Shown one piece after another: positions 12,101 to 26,559 of a stretch of DNA of 64,000 nucleotides. The position numbers were made by a program, and so were the translations under genes. Position 1 is the stretch's first letter. Each line of letters starts with the position of its first letter. The stretch spans positions 248,001 through 312,000 of the forward strand of contig NW_026782000.1 of NCBI RefSeq assembly GCF_031769215.1, given 5' to 3'. The notes beneath the pieces are model-generated. The model saw only the letters and a program-made list of their open reading frames with translations, ran no database searches and was not told where the DNA came from. Origin of the DNA: Ylistrum balloti. Lineage: Eukaryota.

Positions 12101-13189
12101 TTGAACATTTGACATGTGCAACATGGTTTCTAGTTTGGGCTATTAGCCTCATTTAACCGAGTGTATATTTTGTATCATTTTGCAGGAACAATGACAAAGA
12201 ATATGATGGAGAACTATTTCCTATCATAATGCAGGTATTCTAATGTGCCAAAACTTTACCAATGACACATTCTCTTCCATCCCTTTGATTTATAACTAAG
12301 GACTTAATAGTGAAATTCTATTTTGGATATTTATAAAATTGAATCTTGTATAAATGAAGGAAACTGATTGACAATATGTAATACATGTACCATCTTATTT
12401 GCATAGGAAGGGAAATAATAACTAGCTGATAATCAAGATTGAACACATTTTCGGATAGTTTTGTATCTTTTATTGGTCTTGAGAGTTTTATAACACATTT
12501 AAACAATAACAAGAGGAATAATTACTGAATGTAAATGCATTTACTTCGTAATTATTAGAAAACAAGAATTCAACTGAATCATATTTCTGGTCGTCACTAA
12601 TAGGATTTTCAAAATCAGCTTAAAACCAGAGTTGAATTTAAGAAAAAAAAAATTTCTATGTGCATCTTTTCTCACTTAAAAAAATTTAAGCCTCTTTTTG
12701 AAATCCAATGAACATTTTCATTTTATGGAACCTTCGAGTAGAATCTAAATGCTACAAATTTCTTTGACGGTACATTCTATTCCAGCTATCAAAATCAAAT
12801 GGTGTATTATCTAGAAGTTCTTGAAACTATGTGAATACTAGCATACTTGGAAAAGTTACACCACAAATTTGTTCCTTTGCTTCGGTTTAACATACCCAAA
12901 AGATATTTGTGATGATCCTGTTATATTGTGTTTGTATATCTTTGTGCAAAAGATTCTCAAGAAACCTGATCACCGATAAACAGGTTTCTTCAGATCATCG
13001 GTTTCTGATAAAAGTGATATCCTTCATCAATCCTACTTCTTCATCATAAGCTGTATTGCCTGATCCAAAGTAATTGGAGCAAAATCCACCAACAATCCTG
13101 GACTAGTTATGGTTAACTTGAGACATACATTTTAAGATACATGATTTGAGATGGGTGCATCGACATGAGGGGTCAAAAGTTAGAAAGAA

Positions 13190-14200
13190 CATAAAATCCA
13201 AGCAAGAACTGTCAACAGTCCTAGTATTTCTAATCTAGATGTATCCAAAGATCAAACAGTCCTATCTATTGTCAGTTCAATTTATCCCACGATCCCTCTG
13301 CACTCTTACTTATATGCTAGATGTATCCTAAAATCCAAGCAAGATTCCTCAGTAGTGCTATTGATGAGCTAGATGTTTCCCAAGATCCGACCAAGATTGC
13401 TCAACAGTCCTATTCATAAACTAGATGTTTCCCAAGGACAAGATCCCTCAACAGTCCTATTTGATCACTCCACAGTCCTATTCATAAGCTAGGTGTATCA
13501 TAAGATCCAAGCAAGATCCCATAGAATCCTAATCATAAAGCTAGAGTGTTTAAGATCCTGAACAAGATCCCTCAGCAGTCCCATTTAAAAGCTAGATGTC
13601 CTAAGATCCAAGCAAGGTCCCTCATGATCAGCAGTCCCTGTAGTCATTAGCTATATCTCCTCCAATCCGAGCAAAATTAAAGTATTTTTAAGCTAGTGGT
13701 ATCCTATATCCAATCTCGACCTGTTAGCAATGCTGGTATTCTAAGCTAGACATACTGTGAGATCCAAGCAATATCTGTCATTGATCCAAGTGATTTTAAG
13801 TTAAGATATTTGAGACAATCCATTAGTGATCAGAGTAGGGTATTACTAGTCCTAGCCATTAAAATCTAAACTTGTCAGATTTTGCAGCAAACTGGACAAG
13901 ACTGAAAGTGATCCTAGTAGTTTTAATACACATATCTTAAGATCCATTAGTAATCCCAGTGTATTTCAAAGACATATCCCAAGATCCATTAGCAATCCTT
14001 AACTTTTTAGAGATAACTCCTTAGATCCATCAGTGATCCAAGTAAGATCCTTCAGTGATCCTAGAATATACAGAATAGGGTCACCGCCAGATCCTTTCCT
14101 CCTAGTGTGATCCTATAGCAATCCTACTGTGTACACGATACACAGCCTGATCCTATAGTGATCCTACCATCCAAAGATCCACAAGATCCTTTGATTTGAT
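13190..14200. repeat. Degenerate ~52-bp minisatellite (AAGCTAGATGTATCCTAAGATCCAAGCAAGATCCCTCAACAGTCCTATTCAT-like)
   Basis: Recognisable copies near 13315, 13367, 13420, 13486, 13539 and 13590, decaying rightwards into GATCC-rich sequence. Confidence 0.8.
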
Positions 14201-17200
14201 ATTGGATTCAGTTTTCCAGGCCAGAGGGGGGAAGGTTTTCCTAACACAGAGAAGATCCAGAAGAAGCTTATTGTTTTCTTTAATGTAACAAAAATATTTG
14301 GTGGTGCATTACTTCTTTTTCCTCCAAATATTCTGCTAAAACATTATCAAAAAAAAAAACACACATCAGAAGTTTCAAAATGAAAATACATGCTATAAGA
14401 AATTCATTTTACTACTAAAGTTACCGAGAACAAAAGAATTTCAGATAAGACTTTTAGAATGGGAAAATTAATTTCAGAATAAATTTAACAATTTGAAAAA
14501 AAAACTAAGAAATATTAAGAAAAAAAATTCCATTTCTTTTCCATCTTTCCATCTCTCCCTGTGCCAGATCCCAAGAGCTCTCCCCTGTCTGAATATTTTT
14601 GAGTTGGATCCTGAATTTTTCTCCCTTTTCCAAAGAAATTTTATTTTTCCAAGAACAAGGTTATCCAAAGAAAGGATCCTAAAGATTTTGATCCATTTTT
14701 TGGTCGACAAAATAGGAAATTATTTCCGCTATGTTGATCCGAGGAGGGGTTCCGAAAGATTCTATCCAAGTGGAATTTGGGGAGAATGGTTTTTCCAAAG
14801 ATTGAATCCAATACCATTATCTCAATTTGCTTCCTCTGAGTGAACTCACTCCTTCCAGAGTAAAACAAGCTTAGACCTTTGAATCAAACAAAGAAAAAGA
14901 AAGTATGACATTAATTCTTTTTAATAATATACACATCATAAAGCATGAAATGAAAACACACAAAAAGATACCTAGAGAAAAATGATTGACTAATAGTCAT
15001 ACAACATCAAACTAATGCAATATCCTTTTAAATGATTACTATCAATTAATATTTATATCACAATGTATTCAAATTAAGGAACCTTAATTTTAAATGACCA
15101 ATGGCATCTACTATGATTAAAATGTCTGCACTTTCAATATACCTTTATACACGATTCAAAATACTGCTAACATTTTACAATGATGTCAACACTATCAAAC
15201 ATCTACAATTTAGATTTGATTACATTTTAAAATATGGGTTGAAGTGATATCAAACATAATAATATTATACATATGTAGTATTTTACAAAATCATTATGTC
15301 AGATGTTGGAATTTAAAATATCTACTACTGTTTTTACTTTTAGTAACATTGTTTCGAAAATATTAAGCAAATTCTGAACCTGAGGCCTTCATTTGTTATC
15401 GATTCTTTACTGATAAAGAAATTTTCCTTGATTTTATCCAATTAAATGCCATTACAACATATTTCATACATAAAATGATTGTCACATATATTGTAATGCA
15501 TGTGATCATCACACAAAGAAATAACAATTACAATATCCTCTATCATGTTAATTTTGTTCCTTCTGATCCTAGAGCACAAACTCAACTTTCAATGACCAGT
15601 CAAGTCTTCATTGCTATTATCTTTCCTTTTGCAGTATACCCCTCTCTATGCATTTTCACAATTATTATCATTAAACATACCAATGTCCCTGGTAAAGCAA
15701 GGAATTTACCTAATGAACGGAAGTATATATATAGATATAAAAAAAATGAAAATGATTTACTTTTAAGATACTGCTGTGAAATGGATTTGCACTGCAGTAC
15801 GTATACACAACAATTATGTAATTTCATGATTTTCCATTTGATTTTCTTATAAAATATTGATTTATTTTAATGTCAACAAATTCACAGAACTGTTCAATGA
15901 TACACTGAATATCCCAAATATATACAGATCAAAACTGAAATATCAAATAAAAACAAAAGGCCCATCTGGTCTGTTCTGCTCACTTATTTCCTTATGGCTA
16001 TCTAAATAAAAAATGTATTTGCTACACAAGGTCATGTGTTCAGAAACATTGTTATGTAGTAATAGTTTATTTATAAAATAATTAAGCTTATAAACAATCA
16101 ATTATTTGCATGAAGATTAAATCAGAATTTACTCTAAACAATTTTACTGATAATCTTCCCAGAATTCAGGTTCCAACAAAAGTCAATGATACTACTGTGG
16201 TTTTAAAAAAAATCACATATCTTTAACTAAGTTTTCAGATCTGCATCAACTTCAATGTTAAAAATTGGTCTGAAAATAATGATAATGATATAATAGGTAA
16301 CTGACAAATAAAACTTTATCTATTTGACCCATGGTATTGAGGTTCAGCACTTAGAAGCACCCACCTCAAAATATCATTTAGCTATATTGAGCATCATCTA
16401 TTGGCCAAACACTTTCACAACCTTCATTTACCAGTACATTACACATGTTGAATTTCTTCAACTAAAGGACATTAAGAGGTTTACACCACTTGCCCTGTGC
16501 TTTTAGAGAAGTCTTCCAACCCGATATCTGCAAAGCCGTTATTTGAGTCTTATCCATAGTTCCACTATCTTGCCATAAATTTGCCGCAGTTTTGATTTGT
16601 ATGCATCAAATCTCCTTTGTCCTCAATACCAATTTCTGTTAAAATATCTTTACTAAGCCATAATGATATTATTTTCTAATCTCACGCATTTAAAGGTGAA
16701 CAGACGACAGATATTGCGACACAACACTAAATACAAATTGAATAAAATCTGTTGATGAATAAACATTGAAAAAAGCAAACTGACTCTGAAAAATAATAAT
16801 TTCCATTTGCTTTGTGCTGCCATAAATGTGTTACTGTTGAAATTTACACTAACTACTAGTTATTTCCAGGTTGTAATAAGATCAAATGACATGAAATATT
16901 CAAATAAAAAAATATTGAAGATGAGGAAATTTTCCCCATCAAATTATGCCTCCGTTGCATGCTTTGAAAACTAAATTTTTACAATAAAACAGGAAAACCC
17001 CAAAAATTTACAAAAAGGAAATATTTAAAAGTCCCTCCCCAAGATCATACCATAATCTGAAGCCCTCCTTTAGCTAGAAAGTGAAAAGTCTGTAATGTCC
17101 AGGGATGGAAGAGCGTAGTTAATTGTCTCCCTAGCAAGTAAACACTGTCAACATCTTGTTTATTGCCATGTGACACGACTTCCTCGTTTATCCAGGTTTC

Positions 17201-17578
17201 ATATCAATCTCACTTATGAAATTCACCAGCACCTGTAGCAAAAATACATTGCAATAACTTCCAATTTCATATACATGCACTTAATCACTCTATCCAAATA
17301 TTTATCACAATAGCACTGTCCCATCTTAAAATCTATGATTAAGACTTTCTACTGTCTTTTTCCCTTAAAATTTACACTATCCGTCAAAAAGTTATATGTT
17401 CTCAGTATAAATCATCAGTCATTGTGTAAGTGATTTCTACACAATATCGATTAGCTACCACTGCAAAATTTATCTTTTGTATTAATCTCAATAAATCCTA
17501 TTCCATCTATAATGATTCAAGCGTTTTCACATTCAAATTTTGGGCGTCAAGAAGAAATTTCTTTTACTTTTCTTTAGC

Positions 17579-17686
17579 CTATGATCGTGAACGCGACCGG
17601 CCATAACGTGGAGATGACCCTCTTGGGCTTCGACTACGAGAACGCCCTCCTCTATCTTCTTTGACTCTAACATATGATGTTTCTCC
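17579..17686 (-). CDS. SRSF1-like paralog B, exon 4 (short RS domain)
   Basis: GETSYVRVKEDRGGRSRSRSPRGSSPRYGRSRSRS*; tttttcag acceptor. This exon was missed by the ORF track. Confidence 0.92.
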   Translation of the reverse strand, partial: GETSYVRVKEDRGGRSRSRSPRGSSPRYGRSRSRS

Positions 17687-17897
17687 CTGAAAAATGAAAA
17701 AGGTTGAATGTTTATCTAGTTGAAATGTATACATGCTTTGAGGCAACTGGATGTTATTATCAAGCCACTTCTAAATCAACTATACTATGCTATTCATCAA
17801 GTACAGCAGCTGTGCTGCTACAAAAGTTATTGGATTTAGCTGTTTGATATAAACAATGTAACCAATTTTCATGAAACCAAATAAAAAAAAATCAAAC

Positions 17898-18070
17898 CTC
17901 GTGTGATCTGAACTTTGTATCATCCAATTTTCTGACCGCATACTTCATGTCATCGTGTCGTAGATATTCCACCACTCCTGTGCCATCTTTATAGACATCC
18001 GCATAACAAACATCACCAGCTTCACGCATGTGGTCCTTTAAATCTTGCCAGCTTCCTGTTGGTGGTAACC
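17898..18070 (-). CDS. SRSF1-like paralog B, exon 3 (RRM2)
   Basis: [36 protein letters not shown]...FRSHE; 173 nt, the same size and phase as in paralog A. Confidence 0.95.
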
Positions 18071-18243
18071 CTTTATGGTGAGGAAAAAAAATATTGAAAT
18101 TAATGGACTTTGACATTTGATTGAAGTTCAATGGTCTGTTGATAGCCTAGGCTATCAGAGAAATTCTATCTGTATACATATGCCAAAGTTCAGGATAAAG
18201 ACAAATGACTATGAATTTATGATTTAGAGACCCCTTCACATAC

Positions 18244-18446
18244 CTGATACTAGTACTCTGTATTCAGATCTACGTGAAGCGGAAAAACGTCCCTGGCCGA
18301 AGCTACCTCTGCTGCCTCCCATACCACCTGAACGTTGTGTACTCCCACCCATTCTGTATCCTCCACTACCGCGAGGAAATTCCACTCGCAGGTTGTAGCC
18401 ATCATAACCATAGCCATTTCGACAATGGACTGCATCTTCAGCATCC
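18244..18446 (-). CDS. SRSF1-like paralog B, exon 2
   Basis: [29 protein letters not shown]...[11 protein letters not shown]; ttccag acceptor, G|GTATGT donor. Confidence 0.93.
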
Positions 18447-19063
18447 CTGGAAACAAATCATCAAATTCATCAGTTTATTTATTCATGTCCCTATTTCTAA
18501 TAATCCTGCATTTCAGAAATATAGTTATTACTCAAAGTAGTACATTTTCATGTAAATTAAAGACTATTACCCATGTGCTGGGTTGTGCCCAACCTGTTAA
18601 AAAGTAAGCATTCAATTCTCAAGAATGTCAAAAACAAAATAAACAAATGACAACAACTCTTGAAGAGTTTTATGTGGTAGATATGAGAACACAGACAACT
18701 TGAAATTTATAACTGTCAAATAGACATTAAGATCTATTTTATGTCAATCTTGAAATTAAAGATATCTTTAAATGAGATAAAGCATTTCACAGTCAGCATT
18801 TGGGGAAAAGCCATTCGCAAAATGTATTCAGCATGTTGTACCATGGCCTGCTTTCCATATCTATGAAAGCTCTGACATGCTAAATGCTATATGAGGAGAA
18901 ACTATTTGTTTTGTCCACTCCTTTTGAATATATCTCTAAATTTTGTTTGCTGAAGGAATCCATTGAAAGTTCTTCAAACAAGGATATAATTACCAAAACA
19001 TTTTGTAATATGAAATATTTACATCATAATTTCTATCTTAATTCTTATTTGGCACCGATACCC

Positions 19064-19857
19064 TGCCATATTTTGGTATCCACGTTTAGTGTCATAAATG
19101 TTGCGTCCAAACATGTACTTGTGCATTATTTCCTCCTTGTGGTTATGTATATCCTTGCAAAAATGGTTGGTGTTTTGACAAAAGGGAATATCGTAAAAAA
19201 ACCTTGAACTTGTTTTAAAGAAATCAAATCATTTAGCGCTTGCATAAATGCTGTCTTAATGTTACATCACAATCATTGAAACTACAACTGATTTATCTCT
19301 CATTATGAGTATGAGTATTGAATATGCAGGCCAACCATTGAAGAAATTGTTTGAAAAAACAGAATTTTATTCGAAACAAATCTAATATTACATGTCATTG
19401 GATATTTGATATCTTTTACAACAAAATTACAGTTCAAGATTGACCACTGATGAAATGTTGTGCCATATTTTGGTATCCACGTTTAGTGTCATAAATGTTG
19501 CGTCCAAACATGTACTTGTGCATTATTTCCTCCTTGTGGTTATGTATATCCTTGCAAAAATGGTTGGTGTTTTGACAAAAGGGAATATCGTAAAAAAACC
19601 TTGAACTTGTTTTAAAGAAATCAAATCATTTAGCGCTTGCATAAATGCTGTCTTAATGTTACATCACAATCATTGAAACTACAACTGATTTATCTCTCAT
19701 TATGAGTATGAGTATTGAATATGCAGGCCAACCATTGAAGAAATTGTTTGAAAAAACAGAATTTTATTCGAAACAAATCTAATATTACATGTCATTGGAT
19801 ATTTGATATCTTTTACAACAAAATTACAGTTCAAGATTGACCACTGATGAAATGTTG
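19064..19857. repeat. Perfect 397-bp direct tandem duplication (19064-19460 / 19461-19857)
   Basis: The two copies read identically by eye; TGC microhomology at the junction. Confidence 0.93.
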
Positions 19858-21352
19858 TGCTGTAATATGACCAATTTTAATCGAGGTTTGCTATATTGTT
19901 TGGTGCGGTTTAGCGTCCATCGTCACATCCTGATAAACCATTCTAAGATGTGAAGGATATGTTGGATTCTTTGCCTCCTATAACACAAGAAAACCCAGAA
20001 TATACAAGAAAGACCTTTCTACATTTAACACCCAACTGATAAGAAGCACGTGGCTTATCATATCACTAGTTTGTTCCTCGGACACCAAATACAATTTAGT
20101 ATTTTCATAATGTCTTTCCATTATGAAATAGATTTATTATTTGGATGAAGAAATATGTACAGATAATATTCTATGTAAACCGATTTTGCATGATATTAAG
20201 TATAACATTAAAATATTCTGGTGTATGACTTGCGTATCTATTTTTTTTTTTACAAAATATGTCTGGGATGTAACATTGAATGGGATTCTGAACTTAATTA
20301 ATGCAGACACCATAATTGCAACTGGTGAATAAAATCATTGTCAAGAGATAAAATTCTTTAAACATTATTTTGAAAATCTTTAAAGATATTATTTATACAG
20401 TTGCAATATAAAAAAAAAATGCATCTTCATCTTTTAGCATCCAAAAAACTTGATGGCATAATTGGCGCCCTGTTATGTCTGCTAAGAATTTTTGTAAATA
20501 AAACTTATTTGATTGCCTATAGTTGAAGAAATAAATATTCATGGCAATACATCATTAAAATAGACTGTAATTTTCATGAATTTGACAATAAAATGTACTT
20601 GATACGGAAATATATTCCCAAATGAACACCATTTTTGAAGTCCTGTTACATCTAGTAACTCTACATAAACAGTTGTATTTTCTCAATCAATTCAAATAAA
20701 AGTTATCTACTCCTCTATTGACCAGAATGAAACATCATTTTATGATGTGAAATCTAGAACATCATGGTGTTTTACCTGGTTTTAAATGTTCAGAAATGGT
20801 TGTCACGGATGTAACACAGATTTTATGACGCCACATTCTGCCTCGTATAGCAAATGTGAAATGCTTAATCTTTAATTAGTTTTAAAAGTGCATGTAACTG
20901 TTTTGAGTTGCTGTCATTTGTGTAATTGGATAAATACTTTTGTTGCTGTAAGTTTACAGCATTAAGCGAAATGCTTAAAAGAAACTGCCCCTGTAATTTG
21001 AAATGCCGAATGCTCTACAGCTGCTCTAGGACTACAGGCAAATATGGACACTGTTGTTTATCATTAACAACTTCATGATCAAAATATTTCAAATCAGAGA
21101 AGTTTGCATTCAGCAGAAAGCATAAAGCGTGTTGTACGGCTTTCCATACATTTTAACTAGATAATTTATAACAATCGCCAACGATAAGACACCATTTTGC
21201 AAACACTTTATCAATAATATGCACGATGCCATTATTTTAAACTGTTGAGTATGGAGGCAACACAATAGCACTGGAATTAAATGTAGAAACATTTTCGGTG
21301 GTAGGCCTAGGAAACAGATTTACATCAAAATAAAACAGTATTCGCTCCCAAC

Positions 21353-21513
21353 CTTGGATCAGCAAATTCAACGAAAGCGAACGGTGGCCCTCTCCTGTTC
21401 TTTAGGTCTACGTAGTGGATTCTTCCATATTTTGCAAATAAATCTTCAATGTCCCTGTCGCTTATATCTGGAGGAAGATTACCAACGTAAATTCTGGCAT
21501 CTTTTTGCGCCAT
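21353..21513 (-). CDS. SRSF1-like paralog B, exon 1; join 21353-21513,18244-18446,17898-18070,17579-17686 = 214 aa
   Basis: [30 protein letters not shown]...[12 protein letters not shown]; AG|GTTGGG donor, phase 2. Exons join in frame (645 nt). Confidence 0.95.
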
Positions 21514-24500
21514 GTTTGTAAATATGAATTGTTTCTCTTCACCACAGGTACAAAAGACAGAGCCTCAAAGCCGAAAGCGTGGGCAATACTGAAAACGAGG
21601 CTACACTTAATATTGAGAACCAAAAGGTCACGTATATCCGGATTTTCTGACAGGTCTTGTTATTATAATTCATATTAATGCAGACACCTAGCAATAGGTT
21701 CACACACGCTATACGTAGAAAAGTAACAATTAGAAAAAGGCAGACAATTAGTCCAGACTATTTGAATATCAACATGTAACATTTATGCCGAAACTGTCTC
21801 ATGATCACTCCGCTGATTATAAATCATCTTGCCAGATTCAATTTATTTATTTATTTAAATGATTTAAACTTATTTATTCATTGATATAAATTATTTGAAT
21901 TTATTAATTTATTTCAACTCATGCCACTAAAATATCTCTAATCCCACACACTCATTGAAAACTCAGGGGAAACATGGATCTATGTTTGGGTAGGAACATG
22001 CGACTTAACTTCAAACACACACAATAAAAAATATCATATCGCTAATATCAGAGGAATACCAGACCGTCGACAAAATTGTTAGTTATCTTGAAAAAACCAT
22101 TGCACTCATAGGAGAATTTCCCGAATGCAAGGTAACAGTATAAGAAAATCCAGTATACTTCATCAAGACCTGAAATCAACGTTGTGTCGATAAAACCCAG
22201 ACGATTTCAATGGTCAGGACATAACATTTGGAAATCAAATCGGCACACTATATATGTCAAAATTAGAGACAGGTTCACAACGGAAGGCATTCCCCTATTG
22301 TCACAATCGACCTAATCCGAAACTGCCCTCACATAGGCCTCAAACTCGCGAACCAGAAGGCCAGTGATATACTTTTTGTCTCCCACTGATATAATGGTAA
22401 ATTTTTGCCGTTCTTGTCAGATCTTTGGCTGTATTTATATAGAAAAATCGTTGTATAATGTATCGCAAGGCATCGCAATAAACTGCTTCCAGTAAATATA
22501 ATATATTCAGTAGTTCTGAGGTCAGCACTGGGAATCTTTTCATTTTAGACACATTCAATAGAGCTTTCATCTTTGTATACATTATGTTTTAACTATTATT
22601 AGAAATCACACTATCTTCATTTATTTTTCATTGATGACAATGTTTTGAATTTCATCACTGACATCATATATATGGCATATAATTACAGTATTATACAAGT
22701 TTTAGCCCAGTTTAGCATATAGTTCTCCATTCGTTGCTGATATTTTTTGGATTTAACATATCGAAATTATTTGCGGCATACACAGGGAGATATTCGGATA
22801 CGTCATGGGAACAGAGTTTGTCTATGTTGCAATTCCACATAGAGGTTTTAGAAATCTCTGGATTAATGATACGGCCAATTATGGTTTTGTGTGATAGATT
22901 GTTTTTCCTATACTTATACCCAGTACCATGTGTACATGGCAACATTTGAAATAATCATGAACACGATTATCTTTTAAAGCAATAAGCATTGATGTCTTCA
23001 AATATAAGAAACTACCGTTTTCTAAACTCGTTTAGAAAGCGGAAGTAACTCTTTGCCCAAACAAACAGATTTTGTCATAGACATTAAAAAGATGACAAAC
23101 TGTCGCTTCGTGAATTTATAAAAAAAATTGATGGATGGAAATTGGACTCCTATTACATCAAGGGTAATAGAATTTTTAATTCGATCTTTACACCTGTAAT
23201 TCTTGATGAGTTGTCATCAATGGAGTTAGCACTTACGTTATAATATTTACTTGTAAAGAAACAAGCCCTGTCAGATTCTCGACAACTTGGTATTCTACTA
23301 TGGTGAAGTTCCTATATAGTTTCGTCATTGTGACGTGTAGACGGGGATATCCAAGGAACAGCAAATAACATTTAATATTTGTATGAAACCAAAGAAGACA
23401 AATTACAAAGGGAAATGTTGAACTATGTTACAGCCTATGCTTATTTAAATGACACCCTTCACATGTTTATTTTTTCCTCTTTTCTTTCCATTCTTTGTAT
23501 TAAGATTTTTTGTCTCTGGTTGTATCTCCCGCGTTCATTCTCATATGACATGGACTTTTTCTAGAACGCTTAACTCCTGTTGAAAATAATGACATAAAAG
23601 TATATGTATGACAGCATGTTTATGCTTTCAATTTCGACAAAATTTATTGTGAATCGTGCAGGGTAGTCCAGTATCACACATTGTACATAAACACTGCCAT
23701 TGTTTTAATTTTATTTGAAGCAAAATTAAATTGTTTAATCTATTTAATGTTATTCATATACATAATAATGAGCGTTACAATGACACACAGATCCATAGCA
23801 CAGACGGAAAATGTTATTACGAACATTAAAAATAAACGATGAATATTTCCCTATCATAACTACCCTGTTTTCAATATGATACCATTCTTACATTAATTTT
23901 GTTATGACACGTGTAATACAACGTAGATGAGCTGTGATTGGCTGGATGCTCAAACTGTTTCTATTGTATCGTCATAACTTCATAATGTCATATACACATA
24001 TCTATGGAGTGGGAATATTAACAATAATTTGATATTGTCAAAAATGTTAGAAAAAAGTATCCAAACATGTGATAAACAGAATATTACATTCGTTTCTATT
24101 TCATATACGATTCATAAAACGTTTTAGATATTGTTTCCTCACCAGAGACGCTGTAAAAGGTAAAAATTTGAGATCCTCGTTATATTGAAATTGACTTTGT
24201 AATATAAGTATGATTTGTGACACATAACCTTTAAGTACCAAACACAAGCTATTATTTAAATATCTTTGAAACATAATTACCAAAACCCAAAACTCTAAAC
24301 TATTGCTAGAATAGCTTTAGATAATTAAAATATGAAAAAAATCCAAACGAAATCGATTAAAACATACTTGCACTACATTGATCCTGACATGATACACTGC
24401 TCACTGTACATGTGTACAAAGGTCAATGTCAACATTTCACAATTAAGATATTATTTATTATGCGTACAGTTTCTTACACCAATATATATGTTTTGCATTC

Positions 24501-24535
24501 AAAGCCCTACAGTTTGTAACAGTGATCATGATGTT

Positions 24536-24592
24536 TTATGCTGTAACCTGCTCAAAGTAACGCTTACACACCACATTTCCGCATTCAATTTG
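24536..24592 (-). CDS. FABP paralog A, exon 4
   Basis: QIECGNVVCKRYFEQVTA*; ttattttcag acceptor, phase 0. Confidence 0.88.
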   Translation of the reverse strand, partial: QIECGNVVCKRYFEQVTA

Positions 24593-24878
24593 CTGAAAAT
24601 AAAAAGACAAAACAGTAAAATGAGAGAGGTAGCTGATTTTACAAAACACGAAAGATTTACAAAACATAATTCATACACTACTTTTATTGATATTGATCTA
24701 TTTATTTGGTTTTTTTTTGACAAAAAATCAAAATCAATCCAGATTTGGAAAATGAAAAATAAAGATAAATTATAATATTTATTGTTGTTGTAATATTAAA
24801 GCAAAATTTTATATACTTGATAATATATTCTTGATATAGAGAGTATCCCGATTATAGATGTTTACGTAAAGCACTTAC

Positions 24879-24995
24879 TACAAGAAGCTCCTCTCCAAAC
24901 CTTTCCCTGTAGACCGTCTGAGGTTTCACTGTAGAATCAGGAGCTATAGGGGTATTGGTGTATTTGATCTTACCATCTTCATATACAACCAAACA
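24879..24995 (-). CDS. FABP paralog A, exon 3
   Basis: CLVVYEDGKIKYTNTPIAPDSTVKPQTVYRERFGEELLV; 117 nt, GTAAGT donor. Confidence 0.9.
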
Positions 24996-25267
24996 CTGAA
25001 AATTAAATTTATATTGAAAACGAACTGAACACGAACAGGGTATTGATGTGTATATTGTCGGTCATGCAGCCTTCTTTTCTAACCATCGCACTCAATACCT
25101 GTGTCTACCCGTTTGATTCGCAAGCTCATGCTCACTATTTCTTTTAACAAGAAGTTACTATTGTGACTCGTAGGTAGGAAAGAGTGACAGAATATGAAAT
25201 ATGTCATTAAGTCATAAAAGATACCCACAAATGATCAAAAGTAATTGTTTTTATGATTATAATTTAC

Positions 25268-25437
25268 CTTCATTTTTGTACCTTCCATCTCTTTCTCGAA
25301 TTCCTCATTAAGTTTGAACGTATCCACCTTATCTCGAATTCCTGTTTTCTGTTCTATGGTGATAGTATCTTCATTTACAGATATAACGGTTGTAGGTTTC
25401 GCCAGAGCTGCCATCTTCCGAATAAAGAAATTAACGC
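25268..25437 (-). CDS. FABP paralog A, exon 2
   Basis: VNFFIRKMAALAKPTTVISVNEDTITIEQKTGIRDKVDTFKLNEEFEKEMEGTKMK; 170 nt. Confidence 0.92.
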
Positions 25438-26559
25438 CTAAAAAGAAAGCAAAAGAATCTATAACTAATTGCATTTCATCAACTTTATATTCTTTGATAT
25501 AAATGAAACCCCAAATCGACATAGCCGACGCATCAGTTTTAACGACACTTGAAACGGCTGTGCTGAAAACGACAGGAGCAGTTCTGGTCACAAAAATTCA
25601 TACTTTAAGAGATAGAATAATGTCGATGTAAATGAGCGGCGTACCAGCTTACTTAGTACGCAATGTAAAAAAATATTAATTTTCTAGCGTTGAATTATTC
25701 TTTACTGAAGTTGGATTGTTTTAATTACAATAATAAGATAATGATAACCTGTTACAGCTGAATTTGAAGATTCTGGTTGAGAATTGTATTTTGTGTTTAC
25801 AGTAATCTAGGATTCAGTCACTATATAAAAAGATATGTTTGTTGTGCAAAAGGTTACAACGGCTTTACAATTTTGTTAAGAATCAATCGATATCAGAAGA
25901 ATGTTGGTAACAGCCGCTTTACCCTTTCTTTATTTTGAACTATTTTATTGATCAGCATCACCTCTGTGGAAATAACATACGGCACGGGGTTTCTTTCAAG
26001 AGATTGACTCCTATTTATCTCTAAAATAGACCGTTGTAAACTTAGAATAAGCTTCAACAAATGATCGGATTAACATTATTTAAATACAGCAGCGAGGTAT
26101 AAATAGCTTTGTAAATAAGATCAACACGTGTTAAATTCACAAGTTGCGTATTATACGGAAAACATCAGAGAGAATAAAAGCAGGTCAAATATAAATGATA
26201 AAATTCCTAATTCTGCATGGTTTCGTCCTACACCATGTCTCTAACGTGTAAAACTTAAGATCGACATGGCCAAACTTCTTTATTATTCATTATTCTACAT
26301 TTTAGATATACGAGCCAATTATTGATCTTTTAGGTACAGTCTTGGGCTAATTATCTCATAAAAAGACAAATAATCAAAAATTGGGACATATGTCATTCCG
26401 ATAGGTATCTTATCATTCCCAAGTTCACAAATACCATTTCTGTCGATATGGTGCCTACAAAGAATGATTCGAATAAAATACAATGATATATTGATGATAT
26501 TGCAAAATCTAAATGACATCCTATTCTTCATCAGTCGTATATCTTGATTTTTCCTACAA

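Noticed and set aside
22040-22950. Possible LINE endonuclease relics (IALIGEF, HNGRHS..IDLI on +; SEYLPVY on -)
   Set aside because: Motifs are too degenerate and lie on opposite strands; a TBLASTN or RepeatMasker run is needed before calling.
24101-24150. FABP exon-4-like segment (KRFMNRI*) with a good acceptor
   Set aside because: Wrong phase (reads RLW* when spliced). A better in-phase exon 4 exists at 24536-24592. It could be a decayed exon copy, but this is unsupported.
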